Program-made: the position numbers and the translations under genes
Origin: a virus
IMG/VR virus record: IMGVR_UViG_3300037483_001148
Location: 36,046 to 100,045 of that record
Length of the DNA stretch: 64,000 bases
Strand: one strand, 5' to 3'
The notes under the pieces: generated by a model
The model's input: only the letters and a program-made list of their open reading frames with translations
Told to the model about the DNA's origin: nothing
Database searches by the model: none
Part shown: positions 15,650 to 23,382 of the stretch, in pieces
Layout: each line of letters opens with the position of its first letter
Numbering within the stretch: position 1 is the first letter of the stretch

Positions 15650-16059
15650 CTGTACCTGAATGGGCAATTGATTACATCCAATATTGGCGGGATATTTTAC
15701 TTCTACAAGAATGGCAATTTTTTACCAGCCTGACCGATGAGCCATTAGGCGATAGCCAAAATTTGGCCGGAGTGAATGTTCAAGCTGATTATGTCACGGC
15801 TCGAATTGAAATAAGGGATGACATTCCGGTTAATATAGAAGAAGCTGATGCACTCGACCAGTACAGATGGAAAAAGACGATCATCCATGAATTGGTGCAT
15901 GTAAGGCTATATCGAATTACCTGTTTTGTGCAGGACAACATATTTCCCGAACTAGGCCAGTCACTCTATGGGATAATTAGCAGGCAATTTAAGCAAATGG
16001 TTGAGCCAACAGTCGAAATTTTAACTGAAATCCTATACAGTCTGAGTGAGGCAAAATGA
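15646..16059 (+). CDS. zincin-like metallopeptidase (HExxH)
   Basis: TIIHELVHV with a distal Glu helix (VEPTVEIL). Confidence 0.7.
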   Translation: MTVPEWAIDYIQYWRDILLLQEWQFFTSLTDEPLGDSQNLAGVNVQADYVTARIEIRDDIPVNIEEADALDQYRWKKTIIHELVHVRLYRITCFVQDNIFPELGQSLYGIISRQFKQMVEPTVEILTEILYSLSEAK

Positions 16060-16628
16060 TTATTTTATGCGGTTGTGGCTCAGTTGGATCAAAGATTGCT
16101 CTTGAGCTATCAAGTTTGGATAATGAGTGGATACTTATTGACGATGATGAAATTGAGCCTGAGAATGTTCCTGTCTCAGCATATCTCCATGACCAAATTG
16201 GTCAAACTAAAGTAATAGCTCTGGCTGAATTGCTATGGCGTAAAAATAGGGTAATCGCCAAACCCTACTCAAAAACACTCAGCCGGAATGTTCACCAAAT
16301 TTTTCCAGATGGATTGGTAATTGAAAGTTTTGACAATCCGGCAGCAAGGTTGCTTACCATCAACCCATTTAAGCATGCAGACCATCCGGTAATTCACATC
16401 GGCGTAGATTTAGGTGAAGTAGGCTCAGTAGTTTGGGATGTTCATTACAGGTTGCCGGAGATTGATTTCAACCGAGGTAACAACCCCGTTTGCACGAGGC
16501 AAGCCGGGGCTAATATCATTAGGTTTACTGTTACCATAGCGGTTTATGCCATAAGTCAATACTTAAGCAATGTAGTTAAAAACAGTTATTTTATCAATAA
16601 TGGAATGATAGTGAGGATGAACAAATGA
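16056..16628 (+). CDS. ThiF/MoeB/E1-family adenylyltransferase
   Basis: IILCGCGSVGS Rossmann loop, LIDDDEIEPEN, IGQTKVIAL, ESFDN..AR; candidate catalytic Cys146 (NPVC). Confidence 0.85.
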   Translation: MIILCGCGSVGSKIALELSSLDNEWILIDDDEIEPENVPVSAYLHDQIGQTKVIALAELLWRKNRVIAKPYSKTLSRNVHQIFPDGLVIESFDNPAARLLTINPFKHADHPVIHIGVDLGEVGSVVWDVHYRLPEIDFNRGNNPVCTRQAGANIIRFTVTIAVYAISQYLSNVVKNSYFINNGMIVRMNK

Positions 16629-16993
16629 ACCTGTTAAAAGAAACCAAAGCTGTCTGTCCAAAATGTGATAGTGAGAATATAGGGTATCTAACACAAATAC
16701 CAGAAATTGATCGGAAATTCTCACAAAAGTGCAACAAATGTGGGAAAGGCTTTAATGAAGCAGCTTATTACCCCCCGGCTGTTGATTTATCCGGCTGTAT
16801 CACTGTAGGTGATATGATTGAAGCACTCAAACAGTTTGATCCGAACTTGCCCATTCTACACGCATATGAGGGTTGGGTTAGAGAAAATGAGTACATGTCT
16901 ATAGATAATGTTGAGCTAACTAATCTATGGCATCAAAATACTGGTGGTGATCCTGAGTTTTACGGCCAAGCCGAGATTGTGCTGATAAAATGA
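16625..16993 (+). CDS. zinc-ribbon protein
   Basis: CPKC...CNKC. Confidence 0.7.
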   Translation: MNLLKETKAVCPKCDSENIGYLTQIPEIDRKFSQKCNKCGKGFNEAAYYPPAVDLSGCITVGDMIEALKQFDPNLPILHAYEGWVRENEYMSIDNVELTNLWHQNTGGDPEFYGQAEIVLIK

Positions 16994-17202
16994 AACTATT
17001 TCCTGGGTTAAAAATGATAGATCGTATCGCTATACATGAAGGTTGGCCGGAAGAAGAAGGTACAATCCTTGAAGTTGACGGAAGTAATGTCAAACTAGAG
17101 TATCCTGATGGGGTAGTTCGATGGAAAGCAGCTTTTAACCTGGATATATCACCCGACAACCCACCCGAACTGTTGGAAAGAGCCAAGAATGAAAACAGCT
17201 AA
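16990..17202 (+). CDS. small SH3-like hypothetical protein
   Basis: GTILEVDGSNVKLEYPDG strand pattern. Confidence 0.55.
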   Translation: MKLFPGLKMIDRIAIHEGWPEEEGTILEVDGSNVKLEYPDGVVRWKAAFNLDISPDNPPELLERAKNENS

Positions 17203-17271
17203 ATTTACCTACAAATGCCGAAGATGCGGCGCAACTACTGATTGACTTTTTACAGAATTGGAGGAATCAAC

Positions 17272-17634
17272 ATGAGTGATGAAGAAATCTACTATTTTGG
17301 ATGTATGGACGTTCCCGGCCATTATCTATTTAGAGGTAAAATCCATCAAAATCCACGCTATTTACCGGATGACTTTCCGGTATCTTTGAGGACGCTAGAT
17401 GGTGGTCTTTTACCACCTATGCTGCCAAGAGTGGAGGGTAGAGCAGAGATAATCCATTGTGAAGAGTGGACTATTCTCGCGTTTTGGGACAACTCTGTTG
17501 ACAGCCGTTCAGGGGCAAACAGTAACTTCATAATTCGTGGATGGACTGTGTTTGAAAATGCGGTTGAAATAGCCAAAAAAGCTTACCCATATGTGTGGGA
17601 GAGATTTAAGTTTGAGGTATATAAACGTGAGTAA
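17272..17634 (+). CDS. hypothetical phage protein
   Basis: GGAGG RBS; YFGC..GHY and WDNSVDSRSGANS motifs. Confidence 0.7.
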   Translation: MSDEEIYYFGCMDVPGHYLFRGKIHQNPRYLPDDFPVSLRTLDGGLLPPMLPRVEGRAEIIHCEEWTILAFWDNSVDSRSGANSNFIIRGWTVFENAVEIAKKAYPYVWERFKFEVYKRE

Positions 17635-17908
17635 CTTACGTCTTGTCCTGGTTTGTGCTAAAATAAAGGATATGTTGGGTAAAGAGGAATATGAAAAGCA
17701 CTTCAGACCCCTGCTCGAATGTTCCAAAGAAGAAGCGGTTGCTATCTTGCTGGCTGATCTAAAATTGTCTCATGAACTTGAGGCAAAAACCAATCAGGAA
17801 TTAGCCGATGAAATGGTTAAGGTGTGGGCGCAACTGCCGATAAACAGTCCAGTTGCTTTACTCGTTAGCGAAGTTATAGAAAGGTTGCAAAATGTTAAAT
17901 CCTCTTAG
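17591..17908 (+). CDS. hypothetical protein (true start probably downstream)
   Basis: ORF in array; AAGGA before MLGKEE. Confidence 0.55.
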   Translation: MCGRDLSLRYINVSNLRLVLVCAKIKDMLGKEEYEKHFRPLLECSKEEAVAILLADLKLSHELEAKTNQELADEMVKVWAQLPINSPVALLVSEVIERLQNVKSS

Positions 17909-18074
17909 TTTAGCTATAATTATAATTGCTGTAATGAACATTTCGTCTGTCATCTATTTTAATAAGGCCAGTGTGAGTTTTTCAGTAGCTATTTTTGGGT
18001 GGCTTGTAGTTATCTTAAGCCAGGTAAATATACTTATGTTGAGGAATAAACATGGAAATAAAGATCACAATTAA
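17892..18074 (+). CDS. small two-TM membrane protein
   Basis: Two hydrophobic segments. Confidence 0.55.
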   Translation: MLNPLSLAIIIIAVMNISSVIYFNKASVSFSVAIFGWLVVILSQVNILMLRNKHGNKDHN

Positions 18075-18318
18075 CCCCGATGAAGCCGGTCATCTGGCTA
18101 AATGGCTCAGGAAACGCTACGGTAAAAGCCGGAAGGTGACGTTAGGTGCTTTGTTGAAGCAAGCCGGATATGAAGCTGCCAGCAAAGAAATACTTGATTT
18201 TACAGAAAAAAATAAAATGAAAGAGGAATTGGCAAAAATAGCTGCCACATTTTCCAAGCCAAGTAGAGTATTACCTGAACGTTACAGTGATGCTATCGGC
18301 AAAAGGATTGAGCCGTGA
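18052..18318 (+). CDS. hypothetical protein
   Basis: GAGG RBS. Confidence 0.6.
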   Translation: MEIKITINPDEAGHLAKWLRKRYGKSRKVTLGALLKQAGYEAASKEILDFTEKNKMKEELAKIAATFSKPSRVLPERYSDAIGKRIEP

Positions 18319-18839
18319 ACATAAAAACATCCCGTAATAATGAAATAAGGGTTAGTGTGGCCGAGGACTTTGAACTTATCATCACCGGCTATAATTTTTC
18401 TGATCGAGTTGTTTATCACATAAACTACCCCGATGGTGTTGCTATCAAAAAAGAGCAAAACCAGTTCACCTTTAGTCGTTCCAAAAAACGTCATGAGGAT
18501 ACCTGTCCAGAATGTAAAGGTATTGGTGGCACTCATCAAAAAGATTGTTCACTCAATCCCTGTTGGGAATGTGGTGAAGTAGGTAAACACGCTAAAAGCT
18601 GCAATGTGCCTTATTTTCGGCAAGATCGAAATCTTCAAGAAAAATATGATGAGCTACTTGTTTTAATTAAAGCACTACCAAAATACCCTTATAATGCACC
18701 TTTAGCCAATGATCTATTAAACAAGGCTATTAAACTATGGCAAGACGGTGGGGCTTCCCCCGTTGGACCATCAACCCCGGCCAGCCGCTTTTTCCAGGAA
18801 TTTATGAACGAGTTCGGGAAGTTCCCACAACCCATGTAA
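18315..18839 (+). CDS. protein with two CCHC-like zinc knuckles
   Basis: CPECKGIGGTHQKDC and CWECGEVGKHAKSC. Confidence 0.65.
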   Translation: MNIKTSRNNEIRVSVAEDFELIITGYNFSDRVVYHINYPDGVAIKKEQNQFTFSRSKKRHEDTCPECKGIGGTHQKDCSLNPCWECGEVGKHAKSCNVPYFRQDRNLQEKYDELLVLIKALPKYPYNAPLANDLLNKAIKLWQDGGASPVGPSTPASRFFQEFMNEFGKFPQPM

Positions 18840-18857
18840 ATCAGGCCATTTTAGATA

Positions 18858-18886
18858 TTGACTTAATGTTTGTTTCGTGTTATGCT
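18858..18886 (+). promoter_or_regulatory. sigma70-type promoter, TTGACTTAATG family
   Basis: TTGACT-17 nt-TATGCT. Confidence 0.6.
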
Positions 18887-18916
18887 GTTATTGTACATGA
18901 GATTTCTCCCTCTAAC

Positions 18917-18969
18917 TGTCCCCTGTGCAGGGATGCCTAAACGCATCCTAGCATGGGGGACACCTTTTT
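18917..18969 (+). terminator. long GC hairpin with U-tract (attenuator/terminator) in a leader
   Basis: TGTCCCCTGTGC-AGGGATGC...GCATCCT-AGCATGGGGGACA-CCTTTTT. Confidence 0.55.
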
Positions 18970-18981
18970 GCAGGAGGATTT

Positions 18982-19185
18982 ATGCAGACTGATCCATTGG
19001 CTACCAAACCGCTAAGACCTGACTGGTGTTTGAAAATGGCAGAGAAACTTTGGGGGAAGTTCGATATAGTCAATTTTTCCAGAGATGATCTTTATGTCAG
19101 TATTGAGGAAGTAGCTGATTTCATTTGGGAAACTCATCAGGAATTTTTACGCCAAGTCGCTCTTCGTGTGGGGGGCGTGGATTGA
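18982..19185 (+). CDS. hypothetical protein
   Basis: AGGAGG RBS. Confidence 0.7.
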   Translation: MQTDPLATKPLRPDWCLKMAEKLWGKFDIVNFSRDDLYVSIEEVADFIWETHQEFLRQVALRVGGVD

Positions 19186-19199
19186 AACGATTCCCGCCG

Positions 19200-19330
19200 A
19201 GGGTATAGAGTAGTACCCCTGAATGGTCTAGTACCAGTGTCTCGAAAGAGGCTTGCTTCCATATCGAATGGATATACTGTCTTAAGTGACAGGCTACTCA
19301 AGCCAGCCTAAAGGGGTTGAAGGGCTGGCT
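19200..19330 (+). ncRNA. candidate multi-hairpin ncRNA
   Basis: Six consecutive hairpins including GTCTC-GAAA-GAGGC. Confidence 0.45.
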
Positions 19331-19335
19331 GACCG

Positions 19336-19548
19336 ATGAGAAGGAAGATGGAAAACTTTACTTGCAACAAACTGGATTTATTTGATCTAACCCCGGCCCA
19401 AAAGAAGTTTGTAATGGCAGTTGGCCGAAAACAAGGTGTCAGACCCAAATACGCTGTAAGCTACATCAATGAAGCGTTGGCTCTACTTGAGTGGAAAATC
19501 AGGCTCAGAGCTATCATGGGAAAAGATGTCAAGATAGCTAACTCCTGA
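19336..19548 (+). CDS. hypothetical protein
   Basis: AAGGA before second Met. Confidence 0.55.
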   Translation: MRRKMENFTCNKLDLFDLTPAQKKFVMAVGRKQGVRPKYAVSYINEALALLEWKIRLRAIMGKDVKIANS

Positions 19549-19575
19549 CATGCTACTGACAGTTTCCAAAAAGGC

Positions 19576-19605
19576 TTGACAATTGGAGGGAAAGTATGCT
19601 ATAAT
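19576..19605 (+). promoter_or_regulatory. consensus sigma70 promoter with extended -10
   Basis: TTGACA-18 nt-(TGC)TATAAT. Confidence 0.85.
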
Positions 19606-19668
19606 AGGTTTACAATTTAATTTCCAGCCGATAGCTGGAAAGCCTAGCCAGAGGGCTTCAATCAATAT

Positions 19669-19788
19669 AGGCCATGAGCAAAGCGTACCGCTTTTGTAGT
19701 CTGTCCCTTATTGCCCGAATCAAAGTCTCATGGTCTGATTCTGGCGAATCAAAGTAAGGGGCAAAGGGACAGACTAGAGAGGCGGTAT
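19669..19788 (+). ncRNA. candidate long-stem ncRNA with alternative pairings
   Basis: TAGTCTGTCCCTT/AAGGGACAGACTA 13-bp helix plus flanking helices. Confidence 0.5.
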
Positions 19789-19794
19789 TTTTAT

Positions 19795-19867
19795 TTTCTC
19801 ATAGCTCAATGGTTAGAGCGCAATCCTGATAAGATTGAGGCCAATGGTTCAAATCCATTTGAGGAAA
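19795..19867 (+). tRNA. tRNA-Ile(GAT)
   Basis: TTTCTCA/TGAGGAA, GCTC/GAGC, CAATC-CTGATAA-GATTG, AATGG-TTCAAAT-CCATT; no encoded CCA. Confidence 0.9.
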
Positions 19868-19940
19868 TTAGCACCCAAAGCGTCTGGCTGAAAACAAGCA
19901 GCGCGTTGGAAGTAAGCCGGGTTAAGTGAGTAAGTGTGAA

Positions 19941-20037
19941 GAGCGAGTGGCAGAAGGGGTAAATGCACCATACAGTTCAGAGCAGTTATAGAACTGGCTG
20001 GTCATAAATTGTAGGGTTCGATTCCCTACCTCGCTCA
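19941..20037 (+). ncRNA. tRNA-like RNA with extended anticodon arm and 6-bp T-stem
   Basis: GAGCGAG/CTCGCTC-A, Leu-type D-arm, GTAGGG-TTCGATT-CCCTAC; ACCA..CAGTTC-12 nt-GAACTG..TGGT. Confidence 0.7.
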
Positions 20038-20163
20038 TAGGTAGTTCTCCGCAAGGAATCATACGGTCAAGGCATTGTAATAGTCCATGATTAAGTTGCA
20101 TGGTGAGCCAATGCGAAACGGGTAGCAGTAATTAACGAAGTGACCGTAGGCTACCGCTGCCTA
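20038..20163 (+). ncRNA. candidate pseudoknotted ncRNA
   Basis: TAGGTAG/CTGCCTA, TACGGTCA/TGACCGTA, GCATTG/CAATGC, CCATG/CATGG, crossing GGTAGC/GCTACC. Confidence 0.55.
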
Positions 20164-20263
20164 ATTTATAATTATGGTTAAGCCAGAAGTAATGGATGTA
20201 GTCTTGTGATAGGGAGTCTGGATATACCTATCGGGTACTGGCGCATCAACCTATGGGGTTAAA

Positions 20264-20434
20264 ATGAGCAGATCGTTCAAGAAAAACATATACCGAAAAT
20301 CAAGACGATTTGATGTAAACTGCCGGTGTCACGGCGGTTGTCCCTGGTGCAAAAACAACCGGCTCTATAATGACCGGAAAAACAGGGACGCTGCCGAGCA
20401 AGAGATTCAGCATTACAAAAAAGACAAACCCTGA
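20264..20434 (+). CDS. small basic Cys/His protein (56 aa, not in ORF track)
   Basis: MSRSFKK...NCRCHGGCPWCKNNRL; GGGGT RBS. Confidence 0.7.
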   Translation: MSRSFKKNIYRKSRRFDVNCRCHGGCPWCKNNRLYNDRKNRDAAEQEIQHYKKDKP

Positions 20435-20475
20435 CTAATTTCAAAGGAAATTGGCCGGGGTTTGTCTTTTTGTTT
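20414..20475 (+). terminator. intrinsic terminator, possibly bidirectional
   Basis: AAAAAGACAAACCC...GGGTTTGTCTTTTT. Confidence 0.75.
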
Positions 20476-20544
20476 AGTCATTACTCTACCAGTTGAATCT
20501 AAACAAAAAGCAACAAAGTCCCTAGTATAGCATTAAATCTGCCT

Positions 20545-20795
20545 TCACCCCAACCAATCATTAGGGAGATTGAGTGGGTAAATTATCCGTAACTAACGAG
20601 AGTTAGCGTAGTCAACCGTCACGATTCACCGATAGGCCGGAGGGATGGGCACTTGTCTTGAGCCTGGTGAGGGGAGTTGTAAACAAACTACCGGAAGGTA
20701 GCAGGATTGCATAGTGGCCGGAGTCCTGTTGAGTTTACAAGCCTGATGGCAGACCTCTTTTCGATGAAAAAGTCGGGAGATTGGCGTCAGCCATG
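20545..20795 (+). ncRNA. candidate large structured RNA
   Basis: No ORF; GNRA-capped hairpins CTAAC-GAGA-GTTAG and CTACC-GGAA-GGTAG; multibranch closed by TTGTAAAC/GTTTACAA. Confidence 0.45.
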
Positions 20796-20851
20796 CCGTA
20801 TTCCATCTGGATACCTTAATTTGAAACTCGTTTCTATTACACCATTGATTC

Positions 20852-20900
20852 TGAAAAATCGAAGATTTTTCACTGTGAGATTTTGAAAAAATCTCACAGT
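20852..20900. repeat. two abutting inverted repeats in an AT-rich tract
   Basis: TGAAAAATC-GAA-GATTTTTCA and ACTGTGAGATTTT...AAAATCTCACAGT. Confidence 0.6.
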
Positions 20901-20989
20901 AGTCTCAATAAAAATCTGAAACTTTGAGTAAAACAAAAACAATAAGCTCCTTAATCGAGCGTTAAAATATATTTATAATAAAAAGACAA

Positions 20990-21451
20990 TTGCTTGATAG
21001 AGGGAAAATGGGATTTTTTAGTGAACTATCTAATCCTTATACGGCTAAATCTTCTTCAATTTATACCCATCCTACTCAACAAGAACAACAGCAGCAAAGA
21101 GAATTAGAGATCGAGAAATGGAAAAAATCAAGAATTTTGCAAGAAAGAGTTGCTAAATTTAAGATAGGGTATATTTATTTTGTCTTAGATGTTAAAAGCA
21201 ATCTTGTTAAAATAGGATTTACTCAAGACATTTGGAGACGATTTTCAGAAATAAATCTGCACAACAAAAACGTTGTTTTATTGGGGTATACTACAGGCAC
21301 GTTCAAGACAGAAAAAAGAATTCATAGGATGTTTAATAGTGCCAGAGTATATAGTGAATGGTTTAACTTTTCATCCACAATTAAATCATATATAGAACTA
21401 TTTAGCTACAAAATTATAGTTAGAGATGAAGAAAAATCTCTGTACAGATAA
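20990..21451 (+). CDS. T5orf172/GIY-YIG-like nuclease domain protein
   Basis: GYIYFV...VKIGFT...RRFSEI...EKRIHRMF...SEWF. Confidence 0.85.
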   Translation: MLDRGKMGFFSELSNPYTAKSSSIYTHPTQQEQQQQRELEIEKWKKSRILQERVAKFKIGYIYFVLDVKSNLVKIGFTQDIWRRFSEINLHNKNVVLLGYTTGTFKTEKRIHRMFNSARVYSEWFNFSSTIKSYIELFSYKIIVRDEEKSLYR

Positions 21452-21758
21452 ACAACTTAGATTCCTAATTAGTCTTAGGCTACAAAAAGGGGAAGTTAAT
21501 TACAAACACGCAGTTAAACAAGCTGGTTTGAAGCTAGATGATATGGGGTTATATGATGTTAAACAAGCCTCTTTGCTAATAGATTATCTAAAGTTCAAGC
21601 CTGATGAAAAAGTAGAATCTAAGAATGGGATTATTAGCAAAATCCAGAAAAATTTTAATAACAATGAAGTAAAAATACCCAAAGATACAAATCTTATTAC
21701 TGAGATGGAAAAATCACTTAACCGGCTACTTGATAAAATCCATAAGGACCGACGATGA
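21426..21758 (+). CDS. hypothetical protein
   Basis: TDKQLRFLISL...QASLLIDYLK motif. Confidence 0.6.
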   Translation: MKKNLCTDKQLRFLISLRLQKGEVNYKHAVKQAGLKLDDMGLYDVKQASLLIDYLKFKPDEKVESKNGIISKIQKNFNNNEVKIPKDTNLITEMEKSLNRLLDKIHKDRR

Positions 21759-21897
21759 AATGGCTCAACAAATTAGCTTGTTCCTGGGACTTAAAATCCC
21801 CTTATCGAAGTATCTGGATAACCGGCTACTTCCTTATAACATGGTATGGGTGTTGGGAAACCTTGAATTTTAGCTTTTACAAAAGCGGGGAATACGA

Positions 21898-22320
21898 ATG
21901 AACAGAGAAGAGTATCTAAAGAACCTATCCATGATAAGTCGGCTAGAACTGGAAATAGATAAAATAGATGAGATAATATTTAATGAGGCACTTCCTTTAC
22001 TCAAAGAGTATTATCTATACATGGGATGGTTTAATGAAAAAATAGAACGCCAAATGGAAAACGTCGATCTTACTGAGCGTAATCCAAACAACGTTTCCTT
22101 TTTTGGTTCTGAAAGTTGGCGGTATGGTGGGTATGATGATTGGTCATTTACCATGCCAGTAGAGTTTTTGGTTAATCCTGACTATCGGAATGAATTAAAA
22201 CAAGCTTATTTTCTAAAACAAGAAAAAGAAAGAGTGAATAGAGAAGAAAGCGCACAGAAAGCCAAAGAAGCAAAATTCAAGAAATATCTGGAACTGAAAG
22301 AAGAGTTTGAGGATAGTTAA
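21898..22320 (+). CDS. hypothetical protein
   Basis: 140-aa ORF, C-terminal KYLELKEEFE. Confidence 0.7.
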   Translation: MNREEYLKNLSMISRLELEIDKIDEIIFNEALPLLKEYYLYMGWFNEKIERQMENVDLTERNPNNVSFFGSESWRYGGYDDWSFTMPVEFLVNPDYRNELKQAYFLKQEKERVNREESAQKAKEAKFKKYLELKEEFEDS

Positions 22321-22585
22321 AATGATTACAGCAAATCAAGTTAAAGAGGCCATGATTAAAGCTAACATCACTGAAGTAGATGACCATAAGTGCCACTTCT
22401 GTGGGTATATGACCAAATTTAGTCGGCATGGTGAAGTGCTGTTATTTGACCCCGGCTGTAATTGTATAGATTATAAAAAGGGTTGGGAAGTTCGTTCATG
22501 GCAATCCATAGCGGATTGGATTAACATGCAGGATAATGAAGAGGCGAGAAATAAAATTGCCGGGATGTTTGGGTTAGAGTTATGA
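22307..22585 (+). CDS. hypothetical Cys-containing protein
   Basis: CHFCGY...GCNC. Confidence 0.65.
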   Translation: MRIVKMITANQVKEAMIKANITEVDDHKCHFCGYMTKFSRHGEVLLFDPGCNCIDYKKGWEVRSWQSIADWINMQDNEEARNKIAGMFGLEL

Positions 22586-22607
22586 ATAAAAATAAAATTC
22601 TAACAGT

Positions 22608-22862
22608 ATGTGGGATGTTACGATGAACCAATTAAACCCAACTTGTGTTATTCGCCGGGATGACCTGACCTTTATCCTGGCTGCCTTGATGTCCGCTCGG
22701 CCTGATCTACGTGAGGGCTTTTACCTGGTGAGCCAGGCTACTGGGGTGAGTGAGATGTTGTCACTCACACAGTCAGTATTACTAGCCAGTTACGAAAGAC
22801 GTGAAAAAGGCATTTGTGCTAAGTGTGAGAAAACCCATGCAACGAAAGTTTTACCTGGATAA
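22608..22862 (+). CDS. hypothetical protein
   Basis: ORF in array. Confidence 0.5.
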   Translation: MWDVTMNQLNPTCVIRRDDLTFILAALMSARPDLREGFYLVSQATGVSEMLSLTQSVLLASYERREKGICAKCEKTHATKVLPG

Positions 22863-23382
22863 TGAAACAGCTATAACTGTAGGACGGATGGCAGGGGTAG
22901 TTCTTGTAATATCAACCCTGTTTTATCTGCTATGGTGGACAACTATCCGGTTTGATAGAATAGAATCTATGGTTATTCGTTCTAAAGATTGGTCGAGAGA
23001 AGTGAAGGAATTAGAAGATTATCAAACATGGGAATGTACAACTCGACATCGCCAAACATGTACCGGCATAGGGGACAACCGTCAATGCAAAGATGATTCC
23101 TATCAAGATTGTGGGTGGGAAACTCATACTCGTTTAATCAATCGCTGGACTTCAGCCGGTATTTATCCCCAATCACCTTATTGGCCTTCTTATTCAATTG
23201 AGTTAGGCCATTATGAGCGTAAATGGGAAGTCTATACCATCCGTTTTTCGGATGATCGTAAGTTATATAACTTTCATCCAGGCAATGAAAATGACTACAA
23301 TAATTATCTCCCCCGCCAGAAATGTACGGTTGGACTAAACTGGTGGGGTTTTGTACTTAAGGTAGCATGTCCAATTTCATAG
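22801..23382 (+). CDS. single-TM membrane protein with Cys-rich extracellular domain
   Basis: TM MAGVVLVISTLFYLLWW; several Cys. Confidence 0.7.
   Translation: MKKAFVLSVRKPMQRKFYLDNETAITVGRMAGVVLVISTLFYLLWWTTIRFDRIESMVIRSKDWSREVKELEDYQTWECTTRHRQTCTGIGDNRQCKDDSYQDCGWETHTRLINRWTSAGIYPQSPYWPSYSIELGHYERKWEVYTIRFSDDRKLYNFHPGNENDYNNYLPRQKCTVGLNWWGFVLKVACPIS

Noticed and set aside
17188-17244. MKTAKFTYKCRRCGATTD mini-ORF
   Set aside because: Only half a zinc ribbon in 18 codons; likely a remnant, too short to support.
19711-19929. Plus-strand 72-aa ORF
   Set aside because: Overlaps tRNA-Ile and a structured RNA; TTG start without RBS.
20038-20163. Hammerhead ribozyme (GAAAC after a helix)
   Set aside because: No CTGANGA core; kept as an unknown RNA.
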